From: Candidatus Magasanikbacteria bacterium RIFOXYC2_FULL_42_28
Lineage (GTDB): Bacteria > Patescibacteriota > Patescibacteriia > Magasanikbacterales > GWA2-37-8
Reading direction: 5' to 3'
Length of the DNA stretch: 64,000 bases
NCBI GenBank assembly: GCA_001784435.1
Contig: MFQZ01000010.1
Coordinates: forward strand, 105,960-169,959
Shown piece by piece: positions 37,024 through 47,862 of this stretch. Both the position numbers and the translations under genes were made by a program. The notes under the pieces were generated by a model, which did no database searches, was not told the origin of the DNA, and saw nothing but the letters and a program-made list of their open reading frames with translations. Within the stretch, counting starts at the first letter, position 1, and each line of letters opens with the position of its first letter.

Positions 37024-37872
37024 ATGTTTTCTAAATTTAAAATCATTTTAATTATTTTAGCGATTATCGTTGCCACATTTTTTATTTACGATGACTGGCA
37101 AAAATATCACGACAAAAATTTCCAAGTGATTTTTTTAAACATCGGCCAAGGCGACAGCGCTTTAATTAAATTTCGCAACGGTGAAAAAATGTTGGTAGAT
37201 TGCGGGCCGAATAATACCGTTTTGGCGCGACTCTCCACGTACCTATCTTTTTTTGACCGCACGATTGATTATTTGGTGGTAACCCATCCGGACTTAGATC
37301 ATTATGGTGGTTGTGTGGATGTGTTGCGCCGATATAAAGTAAAAAATATTATTGAAAACGGCGACACGAAGAATGATTCGTATTTTAGAGAGTGGCAAAA
37401 CCTGGCTGACGTGGAAGGCGCCAAGCGTTTTATTCAGACCGAACGTCATGCCACTGAAATTGGTGGCACAAAAATTGATTGGTTGGCGCCTGACCAGGGT
37501 GTGATAGTGGATAATCCCGATAGTAATAATCGCTCTATTGTTTTTAAATTAACTGATGATAAAAAAAGTTTTTTGTTAACCGGTGACGCAGAAATGCCAC
37601 TGGAAAATGCTTTACTGAAAAAATATTGCGCCACGTTGAGCGCCTGTCCTGCGCTTCAATCTGAATACCTAAAAGTCGGCCACCACGGTTCAGATTCATC
37701 TTCTGGCGCCGAGTGGCTATCGACCATCGCGCCTAAAGTCGGGATTGTTTCCGTGGGTAAGAATAAATTCGGGCATCCGTCGTTACGGGTAATGAGGAAT
37801 TTACAGCGGGTGGGAGCAGGGATATTGCGAACGGATGAGATTGGTGATATTACAGTGAATACAGCCATTTGA
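37024..37872 (+). CDS. metallo-beta-lactamase-fold protein (ComEC C-terminal-domain-like), N-terminal TM
   Basis: VVTHPDLDHYGG motif; LKVGHHGS; resembles the ComEC Lactamase_B domain. Confidence 0.65.
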   Translation: MFSKFKIILIILAIIVATFFIYDDWQKYHDKNFQVIFLNIGQGDSALIKFRNGEKMLVDCGPNNTVLARLSTYLSFFDRTIDYLVVTHPDLDHYGGCVDVLRRYKVKNIIENGDTKNDSYFREWQNLADVEGAKRFIQTERHATEIGGTKIDWLAPDQGVIVDNPDSNNRSIVFKLTDDKKSFLLTGDAEMPLENALLKKYCATLSACPALQSEYLKVGHHGSDSSSGAEWLSTIAPKVGIVSVGKNKFGHPSLRVMRNLQRVGAGILRTDEIGDITVNTAI

Positions 37873-37959
37873 CAATACTTTAAATTTGTGCTATACTATT
37901 GACAGAACTATAAAACGCTTCATTGATGAGGCGTTTTTAATTTAAACACCAAATCCTAA

Positions 37960-38075
37960 ACCATAAATCCTAAACAAACCCAAATATTTAAAGTTCAAAT
38001 TAAAAAAACGCGATTTGAAAATTTGGATTTTGAAATTGTTTAGAATTTAGTATTTAGAGTTTAGAATTTAATTTA
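37960..38075. repeat. AT-rich palindromic element related to family D (aaatcctaaa ... tttagaattt) upstream of nusA
   Basis: Inverted arms ccaaatcctaaaccataaatcctaaa / tttagaatttagtatttagagtttagaattt. Confidence 0.5.
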
Positions 38076-38083
38076 TTTATATT

Positions 38084-39310
38084 ATGTCCTCGGAAATCAC
38101 CAAAGCAATTCAGGCCCTATGCGACGAAAAAAACTTATCGTATGAGGCAGTTTTAGAAACGGTAGAAACCGCGCTCGCGGCCGCTTATCGCAAAGATTTT
38201 GGTAACAAACAACAGAATATTAAAGTAAAATTTGATCCTGAAACCGGTGCGATTAAAGCGTGGGATGTTAAGTCCGTCGTGGCCGATGTGGCCGAAGATG
38301 TTTTGGAAAAAGCGCAAGAAGAAGCGGCCGCTCGCCGGGAAAAAGCGCGCGAAGAAGATCGCGAAATCACCCCGGAAGAATTAGAAGATTTGCCACGCTT
38401 CAATCCCAAATTAGAATTGATGTTAACCGCCGCCAAAGAAGTTGATAAAAAAGCCAAAGTGGGTGATATTTTAGAAATTAAATTAGAGGTGGGGGGCGAG
38501 TTTGGGCGCATGGCCGCGCAAACTGCCAAGCAGGTGATTATTCAAAAAATTCGCGAAGCCGAACGCGGTCTCGTGTTCGAGGATTTTAAAAAGCAAGAAA
38601 ATACGATTATCAGTGGCACAGTTCAGCGAGTTGAGGCGCGCAAGATTTTAATTGACCTCGGTAAAATTACCGGTATTTTACCAAACGAAGAACAAATTCG
38701 TCGCGAGCATTATCGCCCGGGGGTGCGCATGAAATTTTTTGTTTTGAAAGTTGAAATGTCCGTGCGTGGTCCGGAAATTATTTTGTCGCGCGCGAGTTCT
38801 AAAATGGTGGAGGAAATTTTCCGCCAAGAAATTCCGGAAATTGAAAGCGGTTCGGTGGAAATTAAAGGCGTGGCGCGCGATGCCGGCTGGCGCTCTAAGG
38901 TGGCTGTGGCTACAAGTGATCAGACCATCGACCCAATTGGTTCTTGTATTGGCCAGCGCGGGAGCCGGATTAATACTATTATAGAAGAATTAGGCGGTGA
39001 AAAAATTGATATTATCGCTTGGAGTGAAAATCCAGCTGAATATATTGTGAAAGCATTAGCGCCAGCCAAAACTGCGGAAGTGGAATTGGATGAGGCGAGT
39101 AAAGTTGCCAAGGCGCATGTTCCAACCGAACAATTTTCAATGGCGATTGGTAAGAGCGGACAAAATGTTCGTTTGGCTTCGCAATTGACCGGTTGGAGAA
39201 TTGATGTGATGGAAAAAGGCGGGGAACAGGTTGTTTCCAGTGAGGACGCGCCGGTTGAGGATGTTGAAGAAGTTGTGGTAGAGGAAGATAATAAAGAGGA
39301 GACAAAATAA
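38084..39310 (+). CDS. nusA: transcription termination/antitermination factor NusA
   Basis: S1 and KH domains; acidic C-terminus. Confidence 0.9.
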   Translation: MSSEITKAIQALCDEKNLSYEAVLETVETALAAAYRKDFGNKQQNIKVKFDPETGAIKAWDVKSVVADVAEDVLEKAQEEAAARREKAREEDREITPEELEDLPRFNPKLELMLTAAKEVDKKAKVGDILEIKLEVGGEFGRMAAQTAKQVIIQKIREAERGLVFEDFKKQENTIISGTVQRVEARKILIDLGKITGILPNEEQIRREHYRPGVRMKFFVLKVEMSVRGPEIILSRASSKMVEEIFRQEIPEIESGSVEIKGVARDAGWRSKVAVATSDQTIDPIGSCIGQRGSRINTIIEELGGEKIDIIAWSENPAEYIVKALAPAKTAEVELDEASKVAKAHVPTEQFSMAIGKSGQNVRLASQLTGWRIDVMEKGGEQVVSSEDAPVEDVEEVVVEEDNKEETK

Positions 39311-39325
39311 AATATTTATTAATAA

Positions 39326-39440
39326 TTTCAAAATCCAAATTTCCAATTTCCAAATTAATGTCTAAGCTAAAATAACAAATTTGACATTTAGATTTTGGAT
39401 TTTGTTTGACATTGGATATTGGATATTTGACATTTAAATT
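39326..39440. repeat. family D AT-rich palindromic element
   Basis: caaaatccaaatttccaatttccaaa ... tttgacattggatattggatatttgacattt; produces spurious MEIWIL ORFs. Confidence 0.7.
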
Positions 39441-39441
39441 T

Positions 39442-40254
39442 ATGGGCGCCATCTTCAACACATTCTTATATCAGCCACTGCTTAACATTTTCGTCGCTCT
39501 CTATAACCTGATTCCCGGCCACGATGTTGGTATTGTAATTATCGTGATTACGATACTTTTGCGTATCGCTCTTTATCCTTTGACCAATAAATCCTTGAAG
39601 GCGCAAAAAGATTTACAAGAATTGCAACCGAAATTGGAAGAAATAAAAACAAAATATAAAGATGATAAGCAGGGTCAGGCGCAAGCGACGATGGAGTTGT
39701 ACAAAAATAATAAAGTAAACCCGTTCGCGTCTTGTTTGCCTTTAATTGTGCAGTTGGTAATCTTGATTGCGTTATATCAAGTTCTGCGCAACATGTTGGA
39801 TCCGGCCTATGATATCGCCTCGCATTTATATTCATTTGTAAAAAATCCCGGTGTGATTAACCAGATATCATTTGGATTTTTGAATTTAGCTGAAAAGAGC
39901 ATCGTGCTGGCGGTTTTGGCCGGCGCGGCGCAGTTTTGGCAGGCTAAATCAATGAGTACCAAACGTCCGCCAGTCGCGTCCGGTGTTGGTGGTAAGGACG
40001 AAGGAATGATGGTGATAATGAATAAGCAGATGTTATATATGATGCCGGTGATGACTGTTTTTATCGGTATTTCGCTTCCGGCCGGATTGACCTTGTATTG
40101 GTTTTGGAGTACATTATTAATGGCACTGCAACAGGTGTGGTTGTTTTCCGCCAAAGGCGCTGCGTCTGCCTCTGGCATGGGACCCACCTCTGGCGGGAAA
40201 GACGGTCCTTCTACTGGCGACACAAAGGTGATAGAAGGCAAAATAGCAAAATAA
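39442..40254 (+). CDS. yidC: membrane protein insertase YidC/Oxa1 family (short form)
   Basis: Conserved YidC TM region; start ATG 39442 immediately after the element. Confidence 0.85.
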   Translation: MGAIFNTFLYQPLLNIFVALYNLIPGHDVGIVIIVITILLRIALYPLTNKSLKAQKDLQELQPKLEEIKTKYKDDKQGQAQATMELYKNNKVNPFASCLPLIVQLVILIALYQVLRNMLDPAYDIASHLYSFVKNPGVINQISFGFLNLAEKSIVLAVLAGAAQFWQAKSMSTKRPPVASGVGGKDEGMMVIMNKQMLYMMPVMTVFIGISLPAGLTLYWFWSTLLMALQQVWLFSAKGAASASGMGPTSGGKDGPSTGDTKVIEGKIAK

Positions 40255-40257
40255 ATT

Positions 40258-40512
40258 ATGAAAATTACTTTTTCCCAATTAAAAAAATTATCGGTGCAAA
40301 CTCAAAGCGGAGTTTACTTGGGAAAAGTGGTTGATGTGGTTTTATCGGTTGAAGAAAATTTAATTTTACAATACAAAGTGCGTTCGTATAAAATTGTCGG
40401 CCATACTTTTTTAATTAACAATTCGCAAGTGCGAGAAATTACGGCGGAAAAAATTGTGGTGGATGACGCGAGTTTGCCAGATGCGACCGCGGTTTTTAGT
40501 ACTTCTGTTTAA
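40258..40512 (+). CDS. small PRC-barrel-like protein
   Basis: 84 aa; weak similarity to the YlmC/YmxH PRC barrel. Confidence 0.3.
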   Translation: MKITFSQLKKLSVQTQSGVYLGKVVDVVLSVEENLILQYKVRSYKIVGHTFLINNSQVREITAEKIVVDDASLPDATAVFSTSV

Positions 40513-40521
40513 TATATTAAT

Positions 40522-41346
40522 ATGGGCACTGTTTCCAGTTTAGAGCAATATCGACAAAAAATTGAGAGCGAGGGCGCTAACAGTCAGCCACCTAAAAAAG
40601 AATTAGGAAAAGTTTGGCGCAATGTCTTAGGTGACGCGCGTTTTAATTATGTTGATCGACAATATGGTGCCAAACGGTTCACGGCCGGTGATGTTGATAA
40701 AATTTTTCATTTAATCAACGCGGAAGTTGGTGAAAAAGAAGATGAGGTCTCTGATGAGGTGGTGAATGATATCAAGGCAGACAAAACCGCTGTGGCGCTT
40801 GCCAAGGGCCAAGATTGTACCTCGTCTATCGCTTCCGAAGTTAAAGGTCTGCGTGAACTGTGGCAATTTTTTGTAAGAATGGCCAATGCCAGCTCCATTA
40901 CCGGTGGAGAATATTCTGCCGCCAAAATGTTTATGGTGGACGACGCGAGCGTCGGACGTTTGAAACAAATGAACCAGATTGATTTTAAAGGTCAACCGTT
41001 AAATTCTTCGGCGATAAATGTTGATACTGCCAATGCCGGCGCGCAATATTATTTTGTGCTTGATAATGATGAAGGGAAAAATGTTAAAGAAATTTTTGAG
41101 AAGCACGGTCATAATATTTCCGAAAATAAAAATGGTCCCGGTTTTCAGGCGGAAATGGGGCGGGTACGATTTGCCTTTTTGTATGTGGAAATGGACAAGG
41201 ACTTGGAAGAAGATGTTGCCAATGAAAAAGGAGAAAAATCTGTGATGGTGGGCGGTGAAAAGAAAAAAATAGAAACAGCGAAAAAAGACGGCGCCGCCAA
41301 TGACAATGAAGAAATTTCCGAAGAAAAAGTTGCCAGAGCCGCATGA
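40522..41346 (+). CDS. hypothetical protein
   Basis: 274 aa ORF, acidic C terminus, no motif recognised. Confidence 0.4.
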   Translation: MGTVSSLEQYRQKIESEGANSQPPKKELGKVWRNVLGDARFNYVDRQYGAKRFTAGDVDKIFHLINAEVGEKEDEVSDEVVNDIKADKTAVALAKGQDCTSSIASEVKGLRELWQFFVRMANASSITGGEYSAAKMFMVDDASVGRLKQMNQIDFKGQPLNSSAINVDTANAGAQYYFVLDNDEGKNVKEIFEKHGHNISENKNGPGFQAEMGRVRFAFLYVEMDKDLEEDVANEKGEKSVMVGGEKKKIETAKKDGAANDNEEISEEKVARAA

Positions 41347-42344
41347 ACAAATTATTGCAACAAGCTATCATCCGGACCTTAACTTATTTTGATATTGTAA
41401 AAAAATCCCTAACGCGCGCGGAGTTATTTAGTTTTTTGTGGCAACCACCGTTTGTTGGTCGTGAAGAATTTAATAAATATTTAGAAGAGAACACTGTTGT
41501 CATCCTGAGCGAAGCGAAGGATCCCTTAAGGTCAAATGTAAGGGATTCTTCGGCTACGCCTCAGAATGACAAAAAAAGTTGGCAAGCGAAAGATGGTTTG
41601 TATTTTTTACCTGGCCATGATGAATTCGTTGAAAAACGCGCCGCTGGTCGGGAGCATAGCGATCGATTATTAAAAATCGCTGTGCGCGCGGTTAAAAAAA
41701 TTCGTTCTATTCCGTTTGTCCGCGCGATTTTTGTTTGCAATTCGGTCGGGTCGGGGACGGCGAGCGACAACTCGGATGTGGATTTATTTATCATCACCGC
41801 GCCCAAGAGAGTATGGCTTGTTAGATTTTTTACTAATATCACGATGTTATTATTTGGCTTGCGCCGGCACGGTGATAAAGTTGCCGGTAAAGTTTGTTTA
41901 TCATTTCTAGTAGATGAAAAAAAATTAAATATGGCGCCGTGGCGCGTTTGTGATGACGATATTTATCTGGCGTATTGGCTGTTCCAATTAATTCCGTTGT
42001 ATGATCCGAATAATTTATATGATAAGTTGATAGCGGCCAATGGTTGGGTAAAAAAGTATTTGCCTAATGTTAAAAAAAATTCTACAGATACTTTCGCTTT
42101 GACAGATTCAGTCTGGGGATTAAAATGGAAAAACCTTTGGGAAAAATTTTGGACCGGCGCGTATGGTGATTTAATTGAAAATCAAGCGCGGGGAACGCAG
42201 CAGGCCAAAATGAAATTTAGTTCGCACGGTAAAGTTCGCCCGCATGACAAAAGCGTAATTGTGGGGGAGGGAGTGATTAAATTACACGAAGGTGATACGC
42301 GGGAAGAATTACACCGACAGTGGCTTGACGCCATTTCCGAATAG
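41343..42344 (+). CDS. hypothetical protein with nucleotidyltransferase-like GS..DvDlfI motif; carries an in-frame family A palindrome
   Basis: GSGTASDNSDVDLFIIT; repeat encodes VVILSEAKDPLRSNVRDSSATPQNDKK. Confidence 0.4.
   Translation: MNKLLQQAIIRTLTYFDIVKKSLTRAELFSFLWQPPFVGREEFNKYLEENTVVILSEAKDPLRSNVRDSSATPQNDKKSWQAKDGLYFLPGHDEFVEKRAAGREHSDRLLKIAVRAVKKIRSIPFVRAIFVCNSVGSGTASDNSDVDLFIITAPKRVWLVRFFTNITMLLFGLRRHGDKVAGKVCLSFLVDEKKLNMAPWRVCDDDIYLAYWLFQLIPLYDPNNLYDKLIAANGWVKKYLPNVKKNSTDTFALTDSVWGLKWKNLWEKFWTGAYGDLIENQARGTQQAKMKFSSHGKVRPHDKSVIVGEGVIKLHEGDTREELHRQWLDAISE
41497..41572. repeat. family A palindromic composite (ttgtcatcctgagcgaagcgaaggatccc ... gggattcttcggctacgcctcagaatgacaa)
   Basis: Perfect-ish inverted repeat inside the CDS at 41343-42344. 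Confidence 0.7.
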
Positions 42345-42587
42345 GAGTAAGATTACAGTCCAAGCCGGTAGTAACGGCAGACGCTTTGGCTCGCCAGCGC
42401 TTACGTCTACACCTTGACAGGCATAGATATAAGCACATCTGGACGACCACAAGGGTCTGCCATTGTTGCCGGCTTTTTTATTTAATTTTAGCCAAAGTTT
42501 ACAGGGTGTAGCGTAGCGAAGCCTGTGGATAAGTATTATAAAAATATCCTTGACATGTCGGTTTTTTGTGTTAAAATGATACTGTAA

Positions 42588-42614
42588 TTATCACTCGTTG
42601 GGTCGGAGTGATAA
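42588..42614 (+). promoter_or_regulatory. CIRCE-like HrcA operator (TTATCACTC-N9-GAGTGATAA)
   Basis: Matches the CIRCE consensus TTAGCACTC-N9-GAGTGCTAA with one substitution per arm, 28 nt upstream of groES; TTGACA -35 box at 42550. Confidence 0.7.
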
Positions 42615-42642
42615 AAAATTATTTATTAATTTATATATTATT

Positions 42643-44612
<1,970 letters not shown>

Positions 44613-44665
44613 AAAATGTAAAATGTAAATATCAAAAATCAAAATTAGCGAGTTTTCCGTTCGTT

Positions 44666-44708
44666 GTCTCCCCCTGCCCGAGGGGGAGAATAAGAGGGGG
44701 TGGGAGCG
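44666..44708. repeat. family C repeat downstream of groEL
   Basis: ccccctgcccgagggggagaataagagggggtgggagcgg. Confidence 0.7.
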
Positions 44709-44730
44709 GATTCTTTATTCGCACAACCAC

Positions 44731-44764
44731 AAAAATAATCGACCGCTCGGTCGGTTATTTTTTT
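44731..44764 (+). terminator. conserved terminator module T (aaaaataatcgaccgctcggtcggttatttttt), copy 1
   Basis: Perfect hairpin plus T-run; identical copies at 46498 and 47715; degenerate copy at 50138. Confidence 0.7.
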
Positions 44765-44803
44765 GTTTGCCTTGCAAGGCCATAGCCCGCAGGGCGACGG
44801 CTT

Positions 44804-44849
44804 GTGGATAACTTTATTTGCCAAATACGGTCGGGGGGGGGGGTATACT
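44804..44849 (+). promoter_or_regulatory. conserved promoter module copy 2: TGTGGATAA - TTGCCA - 20 nt spacer ending in G11 - TATACT
   Basis: G-run at 44833-44843. Confidence 0.45.
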
Positions 44850-44884
44850 TAATTACGAGAGAATTTATTATTAATTATAAAATT

Positions 44885-45814
44885 ATGCCAGAAATAAAAG
44901 CGGGTTACATTCCGCAGGAGTCACGTGGGTCGTCTGAATTAGAACAACAGGCAATTGTGGACAGCGCGACAGATTTGATATTAAAAACATTGAATAGGCA
45001 CCTTGATAAAGATCATGCGCCAAAAATACCTGATCAAGAGAAAATAAAGAAAGCATTAATTTTGTTAATGGCGGGAAAAAATGTACATAATGAAATAACG
45101 ATTCCAACAACTACAGAAAGCAGAGGACGTTTTGATGGCGCGAACTCTGCCAAATGGTATCCAAATGTATTGGTGGCTCTACATGAAGCAGTAGGTGACA
45201 AACCAAGACGATTGACAATTCAATTCAATCATCAGTCCGACGCAGAAGAGTCGGAGGAAGTCTGTGCTAGACATATTAGTGGTGCCCGGCCGATGGATAA
45301 GCCAATAATACAATCAATAGTTATTCCACCATCATATTCCAAAGAGGAAAAGACAATAATGACTAGTCGACGCAAGTCAGCTGTTAGTTTAGAAGATAGT
45401 GGTGCTGTGCCCGTCCAAGATGTCGGAGCGGATAAGCGGCGCTTAGAAGTAACTCGTTCGCAAGTTGAAAAGGCGCGTGGGGAGATGTTTAAAGATATTG
45501 GTACAAGCGAAGATGGTTCAAGGGGTTATTTTTCAGAGTATATTGGACCTGATCGTGATAGTATGAGTAAAGGCAAAATATTGTCTAAGCGAGACAGACA
45601 ATATGTCGCCAAATTGTCAGAAATTAGCGGAAAATTACTAGAGTTAGATAAAGTAATTGATAGCAAGTCGAGTGCTAGCGCGGTGAAGAAGGCGGAAGCT
45701 AAACATTTGAAATTAAGGCAAGAGGCCCGGATTATTATCGATAATTATGATCAAGAAGATCGCCATGCCTTCGAAAATGGTATGGCTGGGGTTCGGCCCA
45801 CAGTCGAATATTAA
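44885..45814 (+). CDS. hypothetical protein (cargo gene behind module 2)
   Basis: ATG 44885 (MPEIKAGY) about 35 nt after the -10 box; hydrophilic, no motif. Confidence 0.45.
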   Translation: MPEIKAGYIPQESRGSSELEQQAIVDSATDLILKTLNRHLDKDHAPKIPDQEKIKKALILLMAGKNVHNEITIPTTTESRGRFDGANSAKWYPNVLVALHEAVGDKPRRLTIQFNHQSDAEESEEVCARHISGARPMDKPIIQSIVIPPSYSKEEKTIMTSRRKSAVSLEDSGAVPVQDVGADKRRLEVTRSQVEKARGEMFKDIGTSEDGSRGYFSEYIGPDRDSMSKGKILSKRDRQYVAKLSEISGKLLELDKVIDSKSSASAVKKAEAKHLKLRQEARIIIDNYDQEDRHAFENGMAGVRPTVEY

Positions 45815-46006
45815 AACAGTATAATTGATTTATAAAAACGGATTTAAATATCCGTTTTTTAGTTAAAAAATGTATGAGTTGTATTAGCTATTTCGTGATT
45901 AGGGATTTTAATCTTTTGATTTTATTGGGTTCTTGACAAAAAGTAAGAAATATGATACAATAAGAATGTAGTAAAGTAATACTTTCTTACTCATCAATTT
46001 TATTTT

Positions 46007-46243
46007 ATGGAAACTACTGTTCAAAAAACCACCACCAAAGGCCAAATCACTTTGCCCAAACACTGGCGCGATCAGTTTAAAACCAATCATTTCGCCATGA
46101 TGCCGCAGGATGATTTTTTGATTATTCGGCCGTTGTCGTTGGATGACGAGGATAATTATATTAGTGTGTTTGACGCCAAACGCGACAATCGGGGCAAAGG
46201 TATGCCAGCTAAAAAGTTATTGAAAATTTTAAAGTCCGTTTAA
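46007..46243 (+). CDS. AbrB/MazE/SpoVT-type antitoxin
   Basis: TTKGQITLPKHWRDQF looped-hinge motif; precedes a RelE toxin with 1-nt spacing. Confidence 0.6.
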   Translation: METTVQKTTTKGQITLPKHWRDQFKTNHFAMMPQDDFLIIRPLSLDDEDNYISVFDAKRDNRGKGMPAKKLLKILKSV

Positions 46244-46244
46244 A

Positions 46245-46487
46245 ATGGACAAGATTAAAAAATTATTTAAGAAATTATCCGCAACCGACCGAATTGCTTT
46301 GGCAGCAGCGTTGGAATTATTAGTCGCGAATAACTTGGAGGGGTTGGATATAAAAAAGTTGGCCGGTGGTAATTTATGGCGTTTGCGCGTTGGTAATTTT
46401 CGGATTATTTTTAAACGCCATAACGCTGAAAATATTGTTTACGAAATTCGTCGGCGTGATGAGAATACTTATAAAGGATTAGTTTGA
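46245..46487 (+). CDS. relE: RelE/ParE-family toxin
   Basis: GNLWRLRVGNFRIIFKRHNAENIVYEIRRRDENTY matches the ..YRLRVGDYRIIY.....I.IL.IGHR consensus. Confidence 0.65.
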   Translation: MDKIKKLFKKLSATDRIALAAALELLVANNLEGLDIKKLAGGNLWRLRVGNFRIIFKRHNAENIVYEIRRRDENTYKGLV

Positions 46488-46497
46488 TTGTGATAAT

Positions 46498-46531
46498 CAA
46501 AAATAATCGACCGCTCGGTCGGTTATTTTTT
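46498..46531 (+). terminator. terminator module T, copy 2
   Basis: aaaaataatcgaccgctcggtcggttattttttt. Confidence 0.7.
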
Positions 46532-46536
46532 TATCT

Positions 46537-46580
46537 GTGCATAACTTATTTGACAAATATCGTCGGGGGGGGGGTATGCT
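46537..46580 (+). promoter_or_regulatory. conserved promoter module copy 3: TGTGCATAA - TTGACA - 19 nt spacer ending in G10 - TATGCT
   Basis: G-run at 46565-46574. Confidence 0.45.
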
Positions 46581-46628
46581 ATAAGCAAATTATGAATTGT
46601 TAAAAATTTGTTAAATATAAAAAATAAT

Positions 46629-47243
46629 ATGGAAAAATTCAATCCATCAAATCCGAAGTATAAAAAAGTTGCAGATTTACCACGTGCGCGGAGGGAAAAA
46701 TTTGTTGATGTTGAAACCGGAGGATTTGTGCGAAAAAGCGCAGATGAAATTTTTTTTGAAGCCGAAAAAGAAGCAGTTCGTAATGAGGATGTAGTAGTTC
46801 ATGAGTATGGGCGTCGTCTCCCCAGAGAGAATAATCCACAAGACATTTTACAAGAGCAAGCCGTTGATTTGGAAAACTACAGGAAAGCAATATTAACCAA
46901 TCCCAAAAAGTATTTTTGGCTTAGCGACGACAAAAGGGAGCAATTTTTTAGGGGGGATGATTTTTTGGATGATAAAGAAGTTATGATGCAAGTTCTGAAG
47001 CATGTTAGAGACGCTGGTATTATTAGAAAGTTATCACCTCGATTGCAACAAGACAGGGAGGTCATTTTGGCGGCACTTCGTGGCCCTCTTAGCAATGGAG
47101 ATAATTTTTATAGTTATAGTGGAGGGATTCATCATGAATTTAAAGCGGCTCAATTAGTTCCACAAGATATGTTGGATGATCCTGAAATTAAAAAAGCCAT
47201 TGATGAATATGATACACCTGATGACCTGCCCGGATCAGCATAG
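46629..47243 (+). CDS. hypothetical protein (cargo gene behind module 3)
   Basis: ATG 46629 (MEKFNPSNPKYKK); hydrophilic. Confidence 0.45.
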   Translation: MEKFNPSNPKYKKVADLPRARREKFVDVETGGFVRKSADEIFFEAEKEAVRNEDVVVHEYGRRLPRENNPQDILQEQAVDLENYRKAILTNPKKYFWLSDDKREQFFRGDDFLDDKEVMMQVLKHVRDAGIIRKLSPRLQQDREVILAALRGPLSNGDNFYSYSGGIHHEFKAAQLVPQDMLDDPEIKKAIDEYDTPDDLPGSA

Positions 47244-47309
47244 ATTATAAAATTAAACACCGACAGGTAGCTGGTTTTTTATAATCTGTAAAAGCACTAC
47301 GGTAGACTG

Positions 47310-47459
47310 ATGATGATACCGCAGGATGATTTTTTGATTATCAGGCCGTTGTCTTTGGACGATGAAGATAATCATATTAGCGTTTTTGATGCCAAGCGCG
47401 ATAATCGCGGTCAAGGCATTCCGGCTAAAAAATTATTGAAAATTTTAAAGTCCGTTTAA
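47310..47459 (+). pseudogene. 5'-truncated duplicate of the AbrB-type antitoxin (lacks the DNA-binding N terminus)
   Basis: MMIPQDDFLIIRPLSLDDEDNHISVFDAKRDNRGQGIPAKKLLKILKSV aligns with the C-terminal 49 aa of 46007-46243. Confidence 0.6.
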
Positions 47460-47460
47460 A

Positions 47461-47703
47461 ATGGATAAGATTAAAAAGTTATTTAAAAAATTATCCACAA
47501 CCGACCGCGTTGCTTTGGCAGAAGCGTTGGAATTATTGGCCGTGAATAATTTGGAAGGGTTGGACATAAAAAAGTTGGCCGGTGGTAATTTATGGCGTTT
47601 GCGCGTTGGTAATTTTCGGATTATTTTTAAACGCCATAACGCTGAAAATATTGTTTACGAAATTCGTCGGCGTGATGAGAATACTTATAAAGGATTAGTT
47701 TGA
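47461..47703 (+). CDS. relE: RelE/ParE-family toxin, second copy
   Basis: 75 of 80 aa identical to 46245-46487 (about 94%). Confidence 0.65.
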   Translation: MDKIKKLFKKLSTTDRVALAEALELLAVNNLEGLDIKKLAGGNLWRLRVGNFRIIFKRHNAENIVYEIRRRDENTYKGLV

Positions 47704-47714
47704 TTGTGATAATC

Positions 47715-47748
47715 AAAAATAATCGACCGCTCGGTCGGTTATTTTTTT
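47715..47748 (+). terminator. terminator module T, copy 3
   Basis: aaaaataatcgaccgctcggtcggttattttttt. Confidence 0.7.
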
Positions 47749-47786
47749 GTCTGCTTGCAGTGAATCGGCCGTAGGCCTGGTTCACT

Positions 47787-47830
47787 GTGCATAACTTATT
47801 TGCCAAACACGGTCGGGGGGGGGGTATACT
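47787..47830 (+). promoter_or_regulatory. conserved promoter module copy 4: TGTGCATAA - TTGCCA - 19 nt spacer ending in G10 - TATACT
   Basis: G-run at 47815-47824. Confidence 0.45.
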
Positions 47831-47862
47831 TTAAGTACAGTTTTATTTTTAATTTTAATAAT

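Noticed and set aside
39137-39346. ORFs beginning MEIWILKLL (also 53569-53805 and the 55910 start of rsmA)
   Set aside because: The MEIWIL start is generated by the reverse complement of the family D repeat. The ORFs overlap real genes or intergenic repeats.
47800-47862. TTG start for cargo gene D
   Set aside because: The TTG lies inside the -35 box of the promoter module. ATG 47863 lies downstream of the predicted transcription start.
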